A stretch of 64,000 nt of DNA, taken from Nitrospinales bacterium (GTDB lineage Bacteria > Nitrospinota > Nitrospinia > Nitrospinales > VA-1). Shown in pieces: positions 41,321 through 50,872 of the stretch. The position numbers and the translations under genes were made by a program. The stretch's first letter is position 1. Every line of letters begins with the position of its first letter. The notes beneath the pieces were generated by a model that saw nothing but the letters and a program-made list of their open reading frames with translations, was not told the origin of the DNA and searched no databases. The DNA lies in the NCBI GenBank assembly GCA_965223795.1, contig CBDCXL010000002.1:768001-832000 (forward strand), given 5' to 3'.

Positions 41321-42205
41321 TCAGGCCACGCCGTGGTAAAGGCGGGTGACGTAGTGGGAAGCGATCAGCTCATCGTGGCTGGGGAACCACATGTCCGTCG
41401 AGGCGGTGCTGAAGGCCTTGTCGGCGAAGCGTTTGTCGACGCCGGCGTGGATCATGTAGGCTTTGTCGATCTGATCGACCGCATTGAGCTGCCCTTCGGA
41501 CGCGCCGTTGAAGCTGGATTTGTGAAAGCCCAGCCCGGCTTCTTTGTAGAGGATGCGCTCGCTGCCGGCGAGAAACACGATCGTGCAGGCGCTCATGCAG
41601 CCTTCGGCGGAGAATGTCTTGAAATGGTTCTGTTTGATGAAATTCCGGAGCAGGCGCGCTTCCCGCACGCGGCCGCCGGGACTGTCCAGGCTGATGATGG
41701 TGATGCCCGGATGGCGGGCGACGATTTCGCGCACTTTTTCCGTCAACCCGAAGGCAATGCCGCCGGAGATGTTGAGCTCCCGGCCGGAACGGCGCAGGGT
41801 GAGCCGGGGCATGGCGTCGTCCCCGGTGGCCAGCGCGATGCCGGTGAACTCCTGGGCGCGGGAAAATGTGGACGGCGTCTGTACCGCCGCCAGCACTAAA
41901 GTCACGGCCACCGCGGCTTTCACCAGGCCCGCGGAAACGGGTTTCTCCATCCTGTGTGCGTGCGCGGAGCGCCAGGCGCCGGTCAGCTGCCAGGTCAGGA
42001 GAACGGGCAGCGATGCGTATACGAGTAAAAACGCGAAAAAGGACAGCCTCATGTTCGCGTCGTACATCCAGGTGATGGTCTCGATGGCGGACAGGGCCCC
42101 CCAAATCAGGGCGTCCAGCAGCAGGACGTGGACGAACAGGCTGGTGCCCAGGCTCAATTCCCCTCTCCAGTGGCGGATCATCGAAGGTGTCGCGAACGGA
42201 TTCAT
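41321..42205 (-). CDS. Membrane protein with periplasmic ClpP/crotonase-like domain (COG3904-like)
   Basis: HWRGELSL plus three TMs; LDSPGG, CMSACTIVFLAG, LGFH motifs. Confidence 0.75.
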   Translation of the reverse strand: MNPFATPSMIRHWRGELSLGTSLFVHVLLLDALIWGALSAIETITWMYDANMRLSFFAFLLVYASLPVLLTWQLTGAWRSAHAHRMEKPVSAGLVKAAVAVTLVLAAVQTPSTFSRAQEFTGIALATGDDAMPRLTLRRSGRELNISGGIAFGLTEKVREIVARHPGITIISLDSPGGRVREARLLRNFIKQNHFKTFSAEGCMSACTIVFLAGSERILYKEAGLGFHKSSFNGASEGQLNAVDQIDKAYMIHAGVDKRFADKAFSTASTDMWFPSHDELIASHYVTRLYHGVA

Positions 42206-42258
42206 GGTTTGCCTTCCTTTTTCGTGTTGCGTTGGCATTGACTTCCGTTTGCTTAAGT

Positions 42259-42275
42259 TGCAGACGCTGTGCCAA
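42259..42275 (-). promoter_or_regulatory. sigma54 promoter
   Basis: TTGGCACAGCGTCTGCA, GG-N10-GC, about 55 nt before ATG 42205. Confidence 0.7.
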
Positions 42276-42692
42276 ATCGCCAGAAAACCATGAATGCTTT
42301 TATTTCAACAGGATACCGGAGGACTGGATGTGGGTGGGCGGTTTACCGGGCGCACGGTCCACGCACGCGTTCATGCGTTTGTGCATTGGAGAGGAATGTG
42401 GAGCCGGAGAGGATTCGCCCTTAAAATCATGCGGGCGGAGAGGACGGCTGTCCGGGCGCGTTTGAGGAAGACATCCGATATTTTCTACCGGAAGGCGGAG
42501 TTTGGAAGCAGTTTGGAGGCGAACGCAGCCTTCTCCTGGTTTAGGGCGCTGACCGCAAGCGCACGAAAAGCGCTGCTGCATTTAGAGCGCAGGAGGAACA
42601 TCGAACCGGAGTCCGGTGATCGGCGCTTTTCGCCGCCGGACTGGCCGCGGTGTGCCGGGGAATTCAACACCGCAAATGCGAAGACGGGGGCG

Positions 42693-43106
42693 TCAATCGC
42701 ATTGGCTCATTTCCATGCAGTAATTGTAATGCTCGGACTTGGTCGCGTCGCAATCTTCCATATCGGTCCACATCGGTGATTGCAGCCGTTTGCACCGCTT
42801 GTACATGTTCTCTTCGTATTTCCTGCAGTGAATGTCCGCCATCTTGCAACGATCCGCCTCCGACATATCCGTCTTTCCCTTCAAAGGCACCTCGGGGGTC
42901 ACAACAGGGATCGAGGGAATGTACATCGAACCCTCCGTGCCCTCATCGCCGATCACCAGACGGAATTGCGGTGAACTGGTGCCGCCGATCACAACCTCGC
43001 CTTGATTCCCCGAATCGAATCCCATGCTGGGGGACACAAACAGGAAAGACAACGCGCAGGCAAACCAAAGGTATCGAATCTTTTTGAAATAAAATGCGCA
43101 ACTCAT
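42693..43106 (-). CDS. Hypothetical exported protein with Cys-rich C-terminus
   Basis: AAGGAAAGGA RBS, hydrophobic N-terminus, six Cys in the C-terminal helical hairpin. Confidence 0.6.
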   Translation of the reverse strand: MSCAFYFKKIRYLWFACALSFLFVSPSMGFDSGNQGEVVIGGTSSPQFRLVIGDEGTEGSMYIPSIPVVTPEVPLKGKTDMSEADRCKMADIHCRKYEENMYKRCKRLQSPMWTDMEDCDATKSEHYNYCMEMSQCD

Positions 43107-43134
43107 GATGCATCCTTTCCTTTAATGAGGTGGC

Positions 43135-43151
43135 CGCAGGGGGCATTCCAG
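43135..43151 (-). promoter_or_regulatory. Possible sigma54 promoter
   Basis: CTGGAATGCCCCCTGCG, GG-N10-GC, about 30 nt before ATG 43106. Confidence 0.45.
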
Positions 43152-43729
43152 TCTGTCTTTCGATTTGCGTATCTTATCAGATTTTGTCCGTCTTTGCCGC
43201 TCAATGCCCGCAACTCCCTGCATGCGCGGGCTTTTTTCTTCGGAAACGTTTCCAGCCCCCTCTGCTCCGGGCAACGGTTCAACGAAAAAGTTAAATCTTT
43301 TCAATGATTTTTTGAGCAGCCGGGTTGAACTGGAATTGACGTCGGATTGACGGGAGGCGGTGCCCTCCTCATCGAACCCGCTGGCATCGGTTGGTGGAAT
43401 GAAGTGCCCCGGAACTTTCGGAATCTGAGTGGGCCTTCCAACACTTCTTCGCCAAACCCGCACGCGAGCGGCGAAAGATCGGAACCCGGGCGGACCGGCC
43501 GCATATTGCATCCGACACAATGCGCCGTTACGGCAGGCAATTTTTTCAAAACCCGCTCCTATCTTCAGCTCTCAATAAAAAATCAACGAGGATGGTTGCA
43601 AGTTTACAACGAATCCGCGTTCGGTCTGCGCAACGACCCTTGTTGTCCCGGCAAATCAGCAAATGTCGAAACGGCTCTTTCATTTCGCAGCCATTGTGGA
43701 ATATTGGGAGAAACGTGACTTGAATGAAC

Positions 43730-43766
43730 GCATGGTTGGATGCATGGACCCTGCATCCAACCATGC
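43730..43766. promoter_or_regulatory. Perfect 15-bp inverted repeat, candidate enhancer (UAS)
   Basis: gcatggttggatgca-tggaccc-tgcatccaaccatgc, about 100 bp upstream of a sigma54 promoter. Confidence 0.55.
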
Positions 43767-43851
43767 ACGGGAAGACGTTTTGCATCTTGCACTGCGTGAC
43801 CCTCTTTCGCGCAAATGTCCAAAATCAGAACAAACACTTTTTTGTTTGGCG

Positions 43852-43868
43852 TTGGCATCGATGTTGCT
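43852..43868 (+). promoter_or_regulatory. sigma54 promoter
   Basis: TTGGCATCGATGTTGCT, near-consensus -24/-12, upstream of ATG 43935. Confidence 0.72.
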
Positions 43869-43934
43869 CTTTTAAGAATTATTACCGGATGAAAAATTTA
43901 TGTCGAACCGATCACGTACAAAAGGAGACGAACC

Positions 43935-44336
43935 ATGAAACGAACCGTGTGTTGCTGGGTCCTGATGGCCGCCGTTGCGGGATTGATTCTTTCTGAGGGT
44001 TGGATTGGCAATGAAGCGTTCGCTCAATATGCGAAAACACAGCCCGCTCCGGCTCCGGTAACGGAAAACGGGTATTTCACAAAAGAGAGGCCCGATCTCC
44101 CCGCGAACCATCCCTACCGGCAGACGCAACAGCCTTATATGGGAGCAAACCAGATGCCGATGGGCGGCCTGCCCGCACAGCAGGGACCGAATTTCGGCAT
44201 TTTCTATAGAGCGCAGGAGGGCGCCCGCACCAGTTTTGCGGAGGAACAGGCGCGCGAGCAGCAGGAGCGGGAAGAAAAGCTTCAGGACATCCGTCTTAAA
44301 CGGTGCCAGCAGGGGCAGCAGGAGTTTTGTTTTTAA
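43935..44336 (+). CDS. Hypothetical secreted protein
   Basis: AAGGAG RBS, signal peptide, Q/P-rich, terminal C-x7-C. Confidence 0.7.
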   Translation: MKRTVCCWVLMAAVAGLILSEGWIGNEAFAQYAKTQPAPAPVTENGYFTKERPDLPANHPYRQTQQPYMGANQMPMGGLPAQQGPNFGIFYRAQEGARTSFAEEQAREQQEREEKLQDIRLKRCQQGQQEFCF

Positions 44337-44497
44337 TGCTCTAATTTAGAATTGAAGCCGCTGGCTGGATGGCACGCCTGAGTCACACTCGAACCGGGTT
44401 GGACTCCTGTCCGCAGCGTTCTGCGTTGATGGCATTGCTTGAACAAGCAATGGGAGTATTATTTTTTGTATGTATCATTTTTTGAGAGGGACGAAAC

Positions 44498-44947
44498 ATG
44501 AATTTAAAATATTGGATGCAGTTCAGTTTGCTCGCTGTTTTTCTGTCCGGCTGCGTGTCGTCCGCCGGATATCAAAGGCATCTGGATAACTGGGAAGGAA
44601 AAGACCTCGATCAACTTGTGAGCACCTGGGGCTATCCCGCGACTTCCTACCGCACGGCGCGGGGGAACCTGGTGTATGAGTACCGGGAACTCGCCCTGTC
44701 CTCAAGCCGGCAAAACGCAACGGGGTCGCATATCGATCACTGCACCACGAGAGTGATCTCCAACCGGTCGCGCAGGATCATCGGACTGGAAGGCAGCGGC
44801 AACGATTGCGGCACCTGCGATTATCTGCTTTGCCATATCAATCCGTTCAGCCTGTTGTACGTGTTGGGAGATCCTCAGGGCGACTTTCCCCACTCCAGCC
44901 GCACCGAAACATACCGGACCTCATTCCGGGAAGGGAGCCGCTACTGA
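44498..44947 (+). CDS. Hypothetical lipoprotein
   Basis: LSGC lipobox; W.GK..DQLVSTWGYP..GNLVYEY pattern. Confidence 0.75.
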   Translation: MNLKYWMQFSLLAVFLSGCVSSAGYQRHLDNWEGKDLDQLVSTWGYPATSYRTARGNLVYEYRELALSSSRQNATGSHIDHCTTRVISNRSRRIIGLEGSGNDCGTCDYLLCHINPFSLLYVLGDPQGDFPHSSRTETYRTSFREGSRY

Positions 44948-45420
44948 CGAAAACTTCCTTCTTTTAGGACCGGAACGCTCCAGCTTGACAGGCGCGGATT
45001 CCCCCTCCCGCCTTCCTCACTTTCCGCCGTCGGGTCCGACAGGCGGTTTCCCGCCTGAATCCATTTTCCTCAACGCCGTTTACCGGCAATGTCTCCGGTT
45101 GGCCGCCCCGCTTTCCATATAACTTAAAACTGACTCAAGTATCGAACCCTGTCATTGCAAAAACAGTTTATCCAGATTTGCAGCTTTCACGTATTGGATG
45201 CATAAAACGCATCCGGAAAGGCTTTCCGGCAGCGTGGCGTGACCCGAAAACCGCAGCCTGAAAACGATTTAATTTTCAAACGCATGCGAATCCACTCCGG
45301 GCTAACCGTTTGTAATTGCTTTGCTTCTTTCCAACCGGTTGCTATTTTCCGCTTAGCCCCCTAAATTAAAGCACTTATTCGCTATTGCCGTGATCTGTTC
45401 CGTTCGCATGGTTCGTCTGT

Positions 45421-47622
45421 ATGAAAACCCGAATACACATCGGGATTCTGATTCTGTTCGTCTGTTCAATCAGGTTTCTGCTTTCCGTTTCTCCAGCACG
45501 GGGCAACGATTCTGAAATTTTTGAGCTGGAGCTGGTCGAACTGATGGATCAGGAAGTGGTGACTCCTTCCAAAACTGCGCAGAAAATTTCCGAAGCCCCC
45601 GGAAATGTGATCGTGGTGAACAAACAGCAGATTCGCGAGAGAGGCTACTTCAATCTCGTGGATCTGCTGGAAGACCTTCCCAGTGTGGATGTGCAGCGCC
45701 AATCGAGAGCGGAGACCTTCAACCGGATATCCATTCGGGGGAATCAGGGCAATTTCAAGTTCATCATTCTATTGAACGGATTCCGGATCAGCGGCCCCAC
45801 CGGTGAGAATATCGGGATCGATCACAACTACGCCCTGTTTCACGCCGAACGTGTGGAAGTGATCTACGGCCCGGTGTCGGCGCTGTATGGAAGGGACGCG
45901 TTTACGGGTGTCATCAATATCATCACTAAAAAAGCCGAGGCCGTGGACGGTGCCGAAATCGCCTCCTCTCTGGGCACCGATGATTTTTTTCACAGCTATC
46001 TCAATTTCGGCAAGGCGCTGACGGATAAAATCGATCTTTCTTTTGGCGGTCACTGGCACACGTCCGAAAATCCGGACCTGTCCGATGCGTATCCGGACCG
46101 CTACCAGGGATTTCAGGCCGATCTTGTCGACTCCGGCGGCACGGTGTTCCGGTCGGGTGCGGATCGCAACGATGTTTTTTTCGGGGAAACCGGGAGCTAC
46201 AGCGCCTATTTGAACCTGGAAATCCTGAAAAAATTCAATGTGGGCTACTTCCGCAATTTTCTGAGCAACCCTAGCACCACAAACGCCAATCCCGCACAGG
46301 CCCTGTTCACCGAAGAGTCCCAGTTCAAGACGCTGATCGAGTCCTACCACGGGAAATACGAATACGAAATCAGCCCCCGGCTTTCGGGCATCTCCTCGAT
46401 AGACTACTCCTATTATGAGCTGCTCCCCTCAAGCAGATTCACCAATGTGTTTGCGGGATTCGGGCAGAACAACGGCTTCAAGTATGCGGAAGGCGAGAGG
46501 CTGAACATCCATCAGCAATTGAATTTCAAGGTGAACGAAACCCATCAACTGGTGGGAGGGATTCTGTTTCAAAACTTCGACCGCCTGCCCCGCACCGCGG
46601 ACCTGCCTGCGGAGTTCGATCCGGACAAAGACCCCGAGGATCAAGGGCTGCTGTATCCGAACACCACGCTGCCGATCCAGTTCTTCCCGGACAGCTTTCA
46701 GAACTACGGCGCCTACATCCAGGCCCAATCGAAATGGAACGACTGGTTTTCGACGACCCTCGGCACGCGATTCGATTACGATTCCCGGTTCGGGGAGACG
46801 GTCAATCCGCGCGCCAGTTTCATTTTCAAGCCGCAAAAAAACACAATTTTTGAAATTTTATACAGTGAAGCGTTTCTCGCGCCGTCCCCGAGGGCGTTCA
46901 ACCACTTCGGCAGCTTCGACGGCACGGTCAACGGCGACGGCCTGTTCGTGAGCAATTTCTTTTTCATTCCCAATCCCGATCTCAAACCGGAAAAATCCCG
47001 CACGGTGGAACTGGACCTCACCCACAACGTGACACAAAATTTCATCGTTTCCGTTTCGGGTTTTTACACCAAGATCGATGATTTCGTGGAAACGGTCAAT
47101 CTCGGCACGCCTTCCTTAGCCATTCCGGGTGCGATCATTTTGAACCCCAGCCGGTTTGAAAACTCCGCGGACGCCATCATTTTCGGCGGAGACGTGCGCG
47201 TGGATTATAAAACCAGGCTGGATCCGTTCGACCTCAAGCTGTGGGCGAACTACTCGTGGGTGGATGGCAGGATCAATTCCGGCGACGGCGGCACCAATCC
47301 CATCAAGCAGGCGGCCCCCAACAAAGTCAAAGCCGGGCTGACGCTCAGCTATCGGGGGAAATACTATGTCACCCCGAGGTTCATCTGGGTGGACAAAACC
47401 GTGATCGAAGAATCCACCGTCGCGGAAAAAACGGATCCCTATGCGGTGGTGCACCTGCATGCGGGGGTCAACAATCTGTACAAGAACCTGTCGGCTTTTC
47501 TGGACATCCGCAATCTCATGGACATCCGGTATTTCAATACGGGAAGGATCAACCGGTCGGACTTTGAAGAATCGCCGCAGGATCCCAGGCGCATCGTCTT
47601 AGGCTTGAGATACAAATTTTAA
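45421..47622 (+). CDS. TonB-dependent receptor
   Basis: Plug motifs (ISIRG, ERVEVIYGPVSALYG..GVINIITK), NPDLKPE, C-terminal LGLRYKF. Confidence 0.95.
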   Translation: MKTRIHIGILILFVCSIRFLLSVSPARGNDSEIFELELVELMDQEVVTPSKTAQKISEAPGNVIVVNKQQIRERGYFNLVDLLEDLPSVDVQRQSRAETFNRISIRGNQGNFKFIILLNGFRISGPTGENIGIDHNYALFHAERVEVIYGPVSALYGRDAFTGVINIITKKAEAVDGAEIASSLGTDDFFHSYLNFGKALTDKIDLSFGGHWHTSENPDLSDAYPDRYQGFQADLVDSGGTVFRSGADRNDVFFGETGSYSAYLNLEILKKFNVGYFRNFLSNPSTTNANPAQALFTEESQFKTLIESYHGKYEYEISPRLSGISSIDYSYYELLPSSRFTNVFAGFGQNNGFKYAEGERLNIHQQLNFKVNETHQLVGGILFQNFDRLPRTADLPAEFDPDKDPEDQGLLYPNTTLPIQFFPDSFQNYGAYIQAQSKWNDWFSTTLGTRFDYDSRFGETVNPRASFIFKPQKNTIFEILYSEAFLAPSPRAFNHFGSFDGTVNGDGLFVSNFFFIPNPDLKPEKSRTVELDLTHNVTQNFIVSVSGFYTKIDDFVETVNLGTPSLAIPGAIILNPSRFENSADAIIFGGDVRVDYKTRLDPFDLKLWANYSWVDGRINSGDGGTNPIKQAAPNKVKAGLTLSYRGKYYVTPRFIWVDKTVIEESTVAEKTDPYAVVHLHAGVNNLYKNLSAFLDIRNLMDIRYFNTGRINRSDFEESPQDPRRIVLGLRYKF

Positions 47623-47668
47623 TCCGGCCGCGCCCAGGCATGGCAAGCCGCATTGCATGCGTTTCGGC

Positions 47669-47705
47669 AAAAAGAAAGGGCCGATCCATGCGGACCGGCC
47701 CTTCT
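47669..47705 (-). terminator. Rho-independent terminator downstream of tRNA-Ala
   Basis: Minus strand agaagggccggtcc-gcat-ggatcggccctttc followed by TTTTT. Confidence 0.7.
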
Positions 47706-47713
47706 ATGAAGAA

Positions 47714-47786
<73 letters not shown>

Positions 47787-47969
47787 AAAAATTGTAAATT
47801 CAATTATTTATGCATTTACGGACCCGATCATCTTACCAAAATCGGTGGATTTTTGCATGTTAAATTTTACCGGACGCGGCTCCGGATACGCAGCGCAATT
47901 TTCTTTGCGGATTTGCCGTTCTGCACCGCTGGATCGGTCTGGTGCAATGCGGGGCGATCTATTTATTCT

Positions 47970-49028
47970 CTATCTTAAGTGCCGGGATAAAAACATCCCC
48001 AGTTCACCGTAGGACTGCTTGAGTTCCAGGCCGTACTCCCCGTGCGAAACGCCTTCGTAGACGTTGAGCTCGGCTGCCACTCCGGCGCGCCGCATTTTCC
48101 GGTGCGTCCGCGCCACGTCGCTCAGGAACAGGTCGCGCGTGCCGGTGATGAGGTAGGTCGGCGGGAATCCCGTGAAATCGCCGTACACCGGCGAGATCAG
48201 CGGGTGCTTCAAGTCGCGGCCACCGGCGTAAAGTTTCGCCGCTCCGGCCAGGATTCCGTCGTAGGTCACGAGCACGCGGTCGATGCCTTCGTTGGTGAAC
48301 AGGCTGTCTCCGGTTTTGCTGAGGTCGGCCCAGGGCGTCCCGGCGAACAACGCGGCCGGAAGTTCAAGTCCCAGCTCGATGAACCTGTGGACGGACGCCA
48401 GCGCCAGCCCGCCGCCGGCAGACGAGCCGCCCAGCGCCAGGGACGCGGCGGGCCGTTCCTCAAGCAGGCTACGGTAGACGCGCACCACATCCTGCAACGC
48501 AGCGGGAAAAGGATGCTCGGGCGGCATGCGGTAATCGATCGACATCACGGGGAGGTCCGCCCCGTCGGCGATGAGCATGGCTTCGCGCAGGCCCGCGCCG
48601 CCGCCGTAAAACACGTAGGCGCCTCCATGCAAATGCAGGAACAGGCGGCCGCGGTTGCGCGGCGGGACGTTCTGCGGCGTCACCCGCCACACCGGCACGC
48701 CGGCAACGGTGCTGCGATCCACCGTTCCGGAAAACCGCCGGGCGAAGTCCTGTGCCGCTTTTTGGGCCCTGGCGTTTTCGGCGGCGATGACGGCGTGCCA
48801 CGCTTTCTCGTTCCTCGGCGCATAGCGGCGCGCCGCCGCGATGTCGGGCGCGGACGCCTTGAGGAGCGCAGTGCGCACCCGCTCTGCCGCGCCAACGGGG
48901 ACCGGCACGGTGCGTTCGCTCAGAACCCAGGATGGCTCCTGCATACGCTGCTGATTGAGGACGGCGGCGGAGCTGAAAAGCACGTAAAAAACCGCCCCGG
49001 CGCAAACTGCGATACGCTTCTGATTCAT
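47970..49028 (-). CDS. Alpha/beta hydrolase (HSL-family esterase)
   Basis: HGGAY, DYRMPPEHPFPAA, GSSAGG, terminal His motif; N-terminal hydrophobic segment. Confidence 0.9.
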   Translation of the reverse strand: MNQKRIAVCAGAVFYVLFSSAAVLNQQRMQEPSWVLSERTVPVPVGAAERVRTALLKASAPDIAAARRYAPRNEKAWHAVIAAENARAQKAAQDFARRFSGTVDRSTVAGVPVWRVTPQNVPPRNRGRLFLHLHGGAYVFYGGGAGLREAMLIADGADLPVMSIDYRMPPEHPFPAALQDVVRVYRSLLEERPAASLALGGSSAGGGLALASVHRFIELGLELPAALFAGTPWADLSKTGDSLFTNEGIDRVLVTYDGILAGAAKLYAGGRDLKHPLISPVYGDFTGFPPTYLITGTRDLFLSDVARTHRKMRRAGVAAELNVYEGVSHGEYGLELKQSYGELGMFLSRHLR

Positions 49029-49353
49029 GGGAAGCCTCACCAGGACAGGGTTGGCGACCGGCTGGAAAACCCTGCCCCCGGCGCGTGCAGCGCGGGGAAT
49101 CGCGGTGTAAACCGCATCAGGATGGGTTGGGCCTGCTGGCTTCTGCGGCGACGCAGCATTCGCGCAGGCTCCGTAAGCGTTTTAATCTTAACGATTTTAC
49201 GCTTTCTGTCAAGCCGGTCCGCAAGCACCGGCACCGCCAATCCTCTTTTTCTCTCAGCTAAATCGTTATATAATAAAAGTATTCAATACTCCGGCGCAGG
49301 CCTCCGGACCGTCGATCCCTTTCATTGCAGCGTCTGTCATTCACGAAATTTCC

Positions 49354-50028
49354 ATGCCCGTTTTCAGCCGAATCAAACGCCGTTTGCGCAATATCTTCAT
49401 CACCGGACTGCTGATCACCCTGCCGATCGCGATCACTTTTTTCATTCTGAAGTTTCTGTTCAAAAACCTCGACGCCCTGTCTCCGGTTTTCACCAATCTG
49501 TTGATCCGCGCCGGCGCCCCGATCCCGGAAGGCTACCGCATTCCCTTTCTTGGCGTGGCCATGACGTTTTTCATCATCCTGCTGGTCGGCATGTTCACCA
49601 CCAGTTTTTTCGGCAAGCGGCTGGTCCGTCTGGGCGAAAAGATCGTCGAGCGCATTCCGTTCGTGCGGCAGATTTACAAAGGCACCAAGCAGGTGGTCAC
49701 CTCGTTCGCCAACGCCGACACGTCTTCCTTCAAAAAGGTGGTGCTGATCGAATTTCCCCGCAGAGGCGTTCACGCCCTCGGCTTCGTCACCGGGGAAACC
49801 CGCGGCGAGGTGCAGCAACACACGGCGGACAACGTGATCAACGTGTTCGTTCCCACCACGCCCAACCCCACTTCCGGCTTTCTGGTGTTCGCCCCGAAGG
49901 ACGAAGTGCGCGAGATTTCCATGTCCATCGAGGACGGCGTGAAGTACGTCATCTCCGGCGGCATCGTGGATACCCAGGTGGCCGTGGAAACCCCGCCGCT
50001 GATCAACGCCCGGGAAATCAAGGTGTGA
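49354..50028 (+). CDS. DUF502 family membrane protein
   Basis: FITGLLITLP, IPFVRQIY, VFVPTTPNPTSGF motifs. Confidence 0.92.
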   Translation: MPVFSRIKRRLRNIFITGLLITLPIAITFFILKFLFKNLDALSPVFTNLLIRAGAPIPEGYRIPFLGVAMTFFIILLVGMFTTSFFGKRLVRLGEKIVERIPFVRQIYKGTKQVVTSFANADTSSFKKVVLIEFPRRGVHALGFVTGETRGEVQQHTADNVINVFVPTTPNPTSGFLVFAPKDEVREISMSIEDGVKYVISGGIVDTQVAVETPPLINAREIKV

Positions 50029-50702
50029 CCCCGCCGCCTCTTAGAATTCTCTTCCAGGACAATCATTGCATCGCGGTCTACAAACCTCCCGGCCTGCTGA
50101 CCCAGTCCGATCAGAGCCGCGAGCCCTCGCTGCTGGAGCAGGTGCGCGACTGGATCAAATCCGAGCACGGCAAGCCGGGGAACGTTTACCTGGGAATGGT
50201 GCACCGGCTGGACCGGCCGGTGGCGGGAGCGGTGCTGTTCGCGAAAACCTCAAAGGCGGCGTCGCGCCTGTCCGAACAGATCCGCGAGCGCAAGGCGGGC
50301 AAGTTCTACCGCGCCGTCGTCGAAGGCACGCCCGATCCGCCCGCTTCGGAACTCGTCCACTACCTCTGCAAGCAGCGCTCGCTCAAGGCGACGGTGTTCC
50401 CGCGCGAAGCGCCGGACGCCAAACGCGCCGAACTGTCCTACCGCGTGCTGGAATCGGCGGGCGGCCGAAGCGAACTGGAAATCCTGCTCAAGACCGGCCG
50501 GTTTCATCAGATCCGCGCGCAGCTCGGGTTCATCGGCCATCCCGTCGTCGGCGATGTGAAATACGGTGCCCAAGACCCGCTGCCGGAGGGGCGCATCGCG
50601 CTGTACGCGCAGAAGCTGATCTTCCGGCACCCGGTGACGAAGGAGAACCTCACCATCGAGTCGCCGCCCCCGCCCGAATGGGCGGAGTACCTCCGCGGGT
50701 GA
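50025..50702 (+). CDS. RluA-family RNA pseudouridine synthase
   Basis: KPPGL, VHRLDRPVAG, TGRFHQIRAQ, GDVKYG; GTGA overlap with DUF502 gene. Confidence 0.93.
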   Translation: MTPPPLRILFQDNHCIAVYKPPGLLTQSDQSREPSLLEQVRDWIKSEHGKPGNVYLGMVHRLDRPVAGAVLFAKTSKAASRLSEQIRERKAGKFYRAVVEGTPDPPASELVHYLCKQRSLKATVFPREAPDAKRAELSYRVLESAGGRSELEILLKTGRFHQIRAQLGFIGHPVVGDVKYGAQDPLPEGRIALYAQKLIFRHPVTKENLTIESPPPPEWAEYLRG

Positions 50703-50872
50703 TTTTGAAAAAGAGAATTAGACAGGATGAACAGGATAAAGGCGGAAAAGTCGTCTCGCGCAGTACTTTCTTGGCGCTACCGTGAAAAATGAAAAAAGTC
50801 GAAAACGGAAAAAAGATCTACTGCTCATGGGGAAGACAAAGTAAATTAATATCCCTTTTTTGATTATTTTTT

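Noticed and set aside
42398..42420. tggagccggagaggattcg as an att copy of the tRNA-Ala 3' end
   Set aside because: Only about 6 contiguous identities; too degenerate to call.
48042..50702. 886-aa ORF as one protein
   Set aside because: Only the last ~225 aa are RluA-like; the rest is a shadow frame over the esterase and DUF502 genes.
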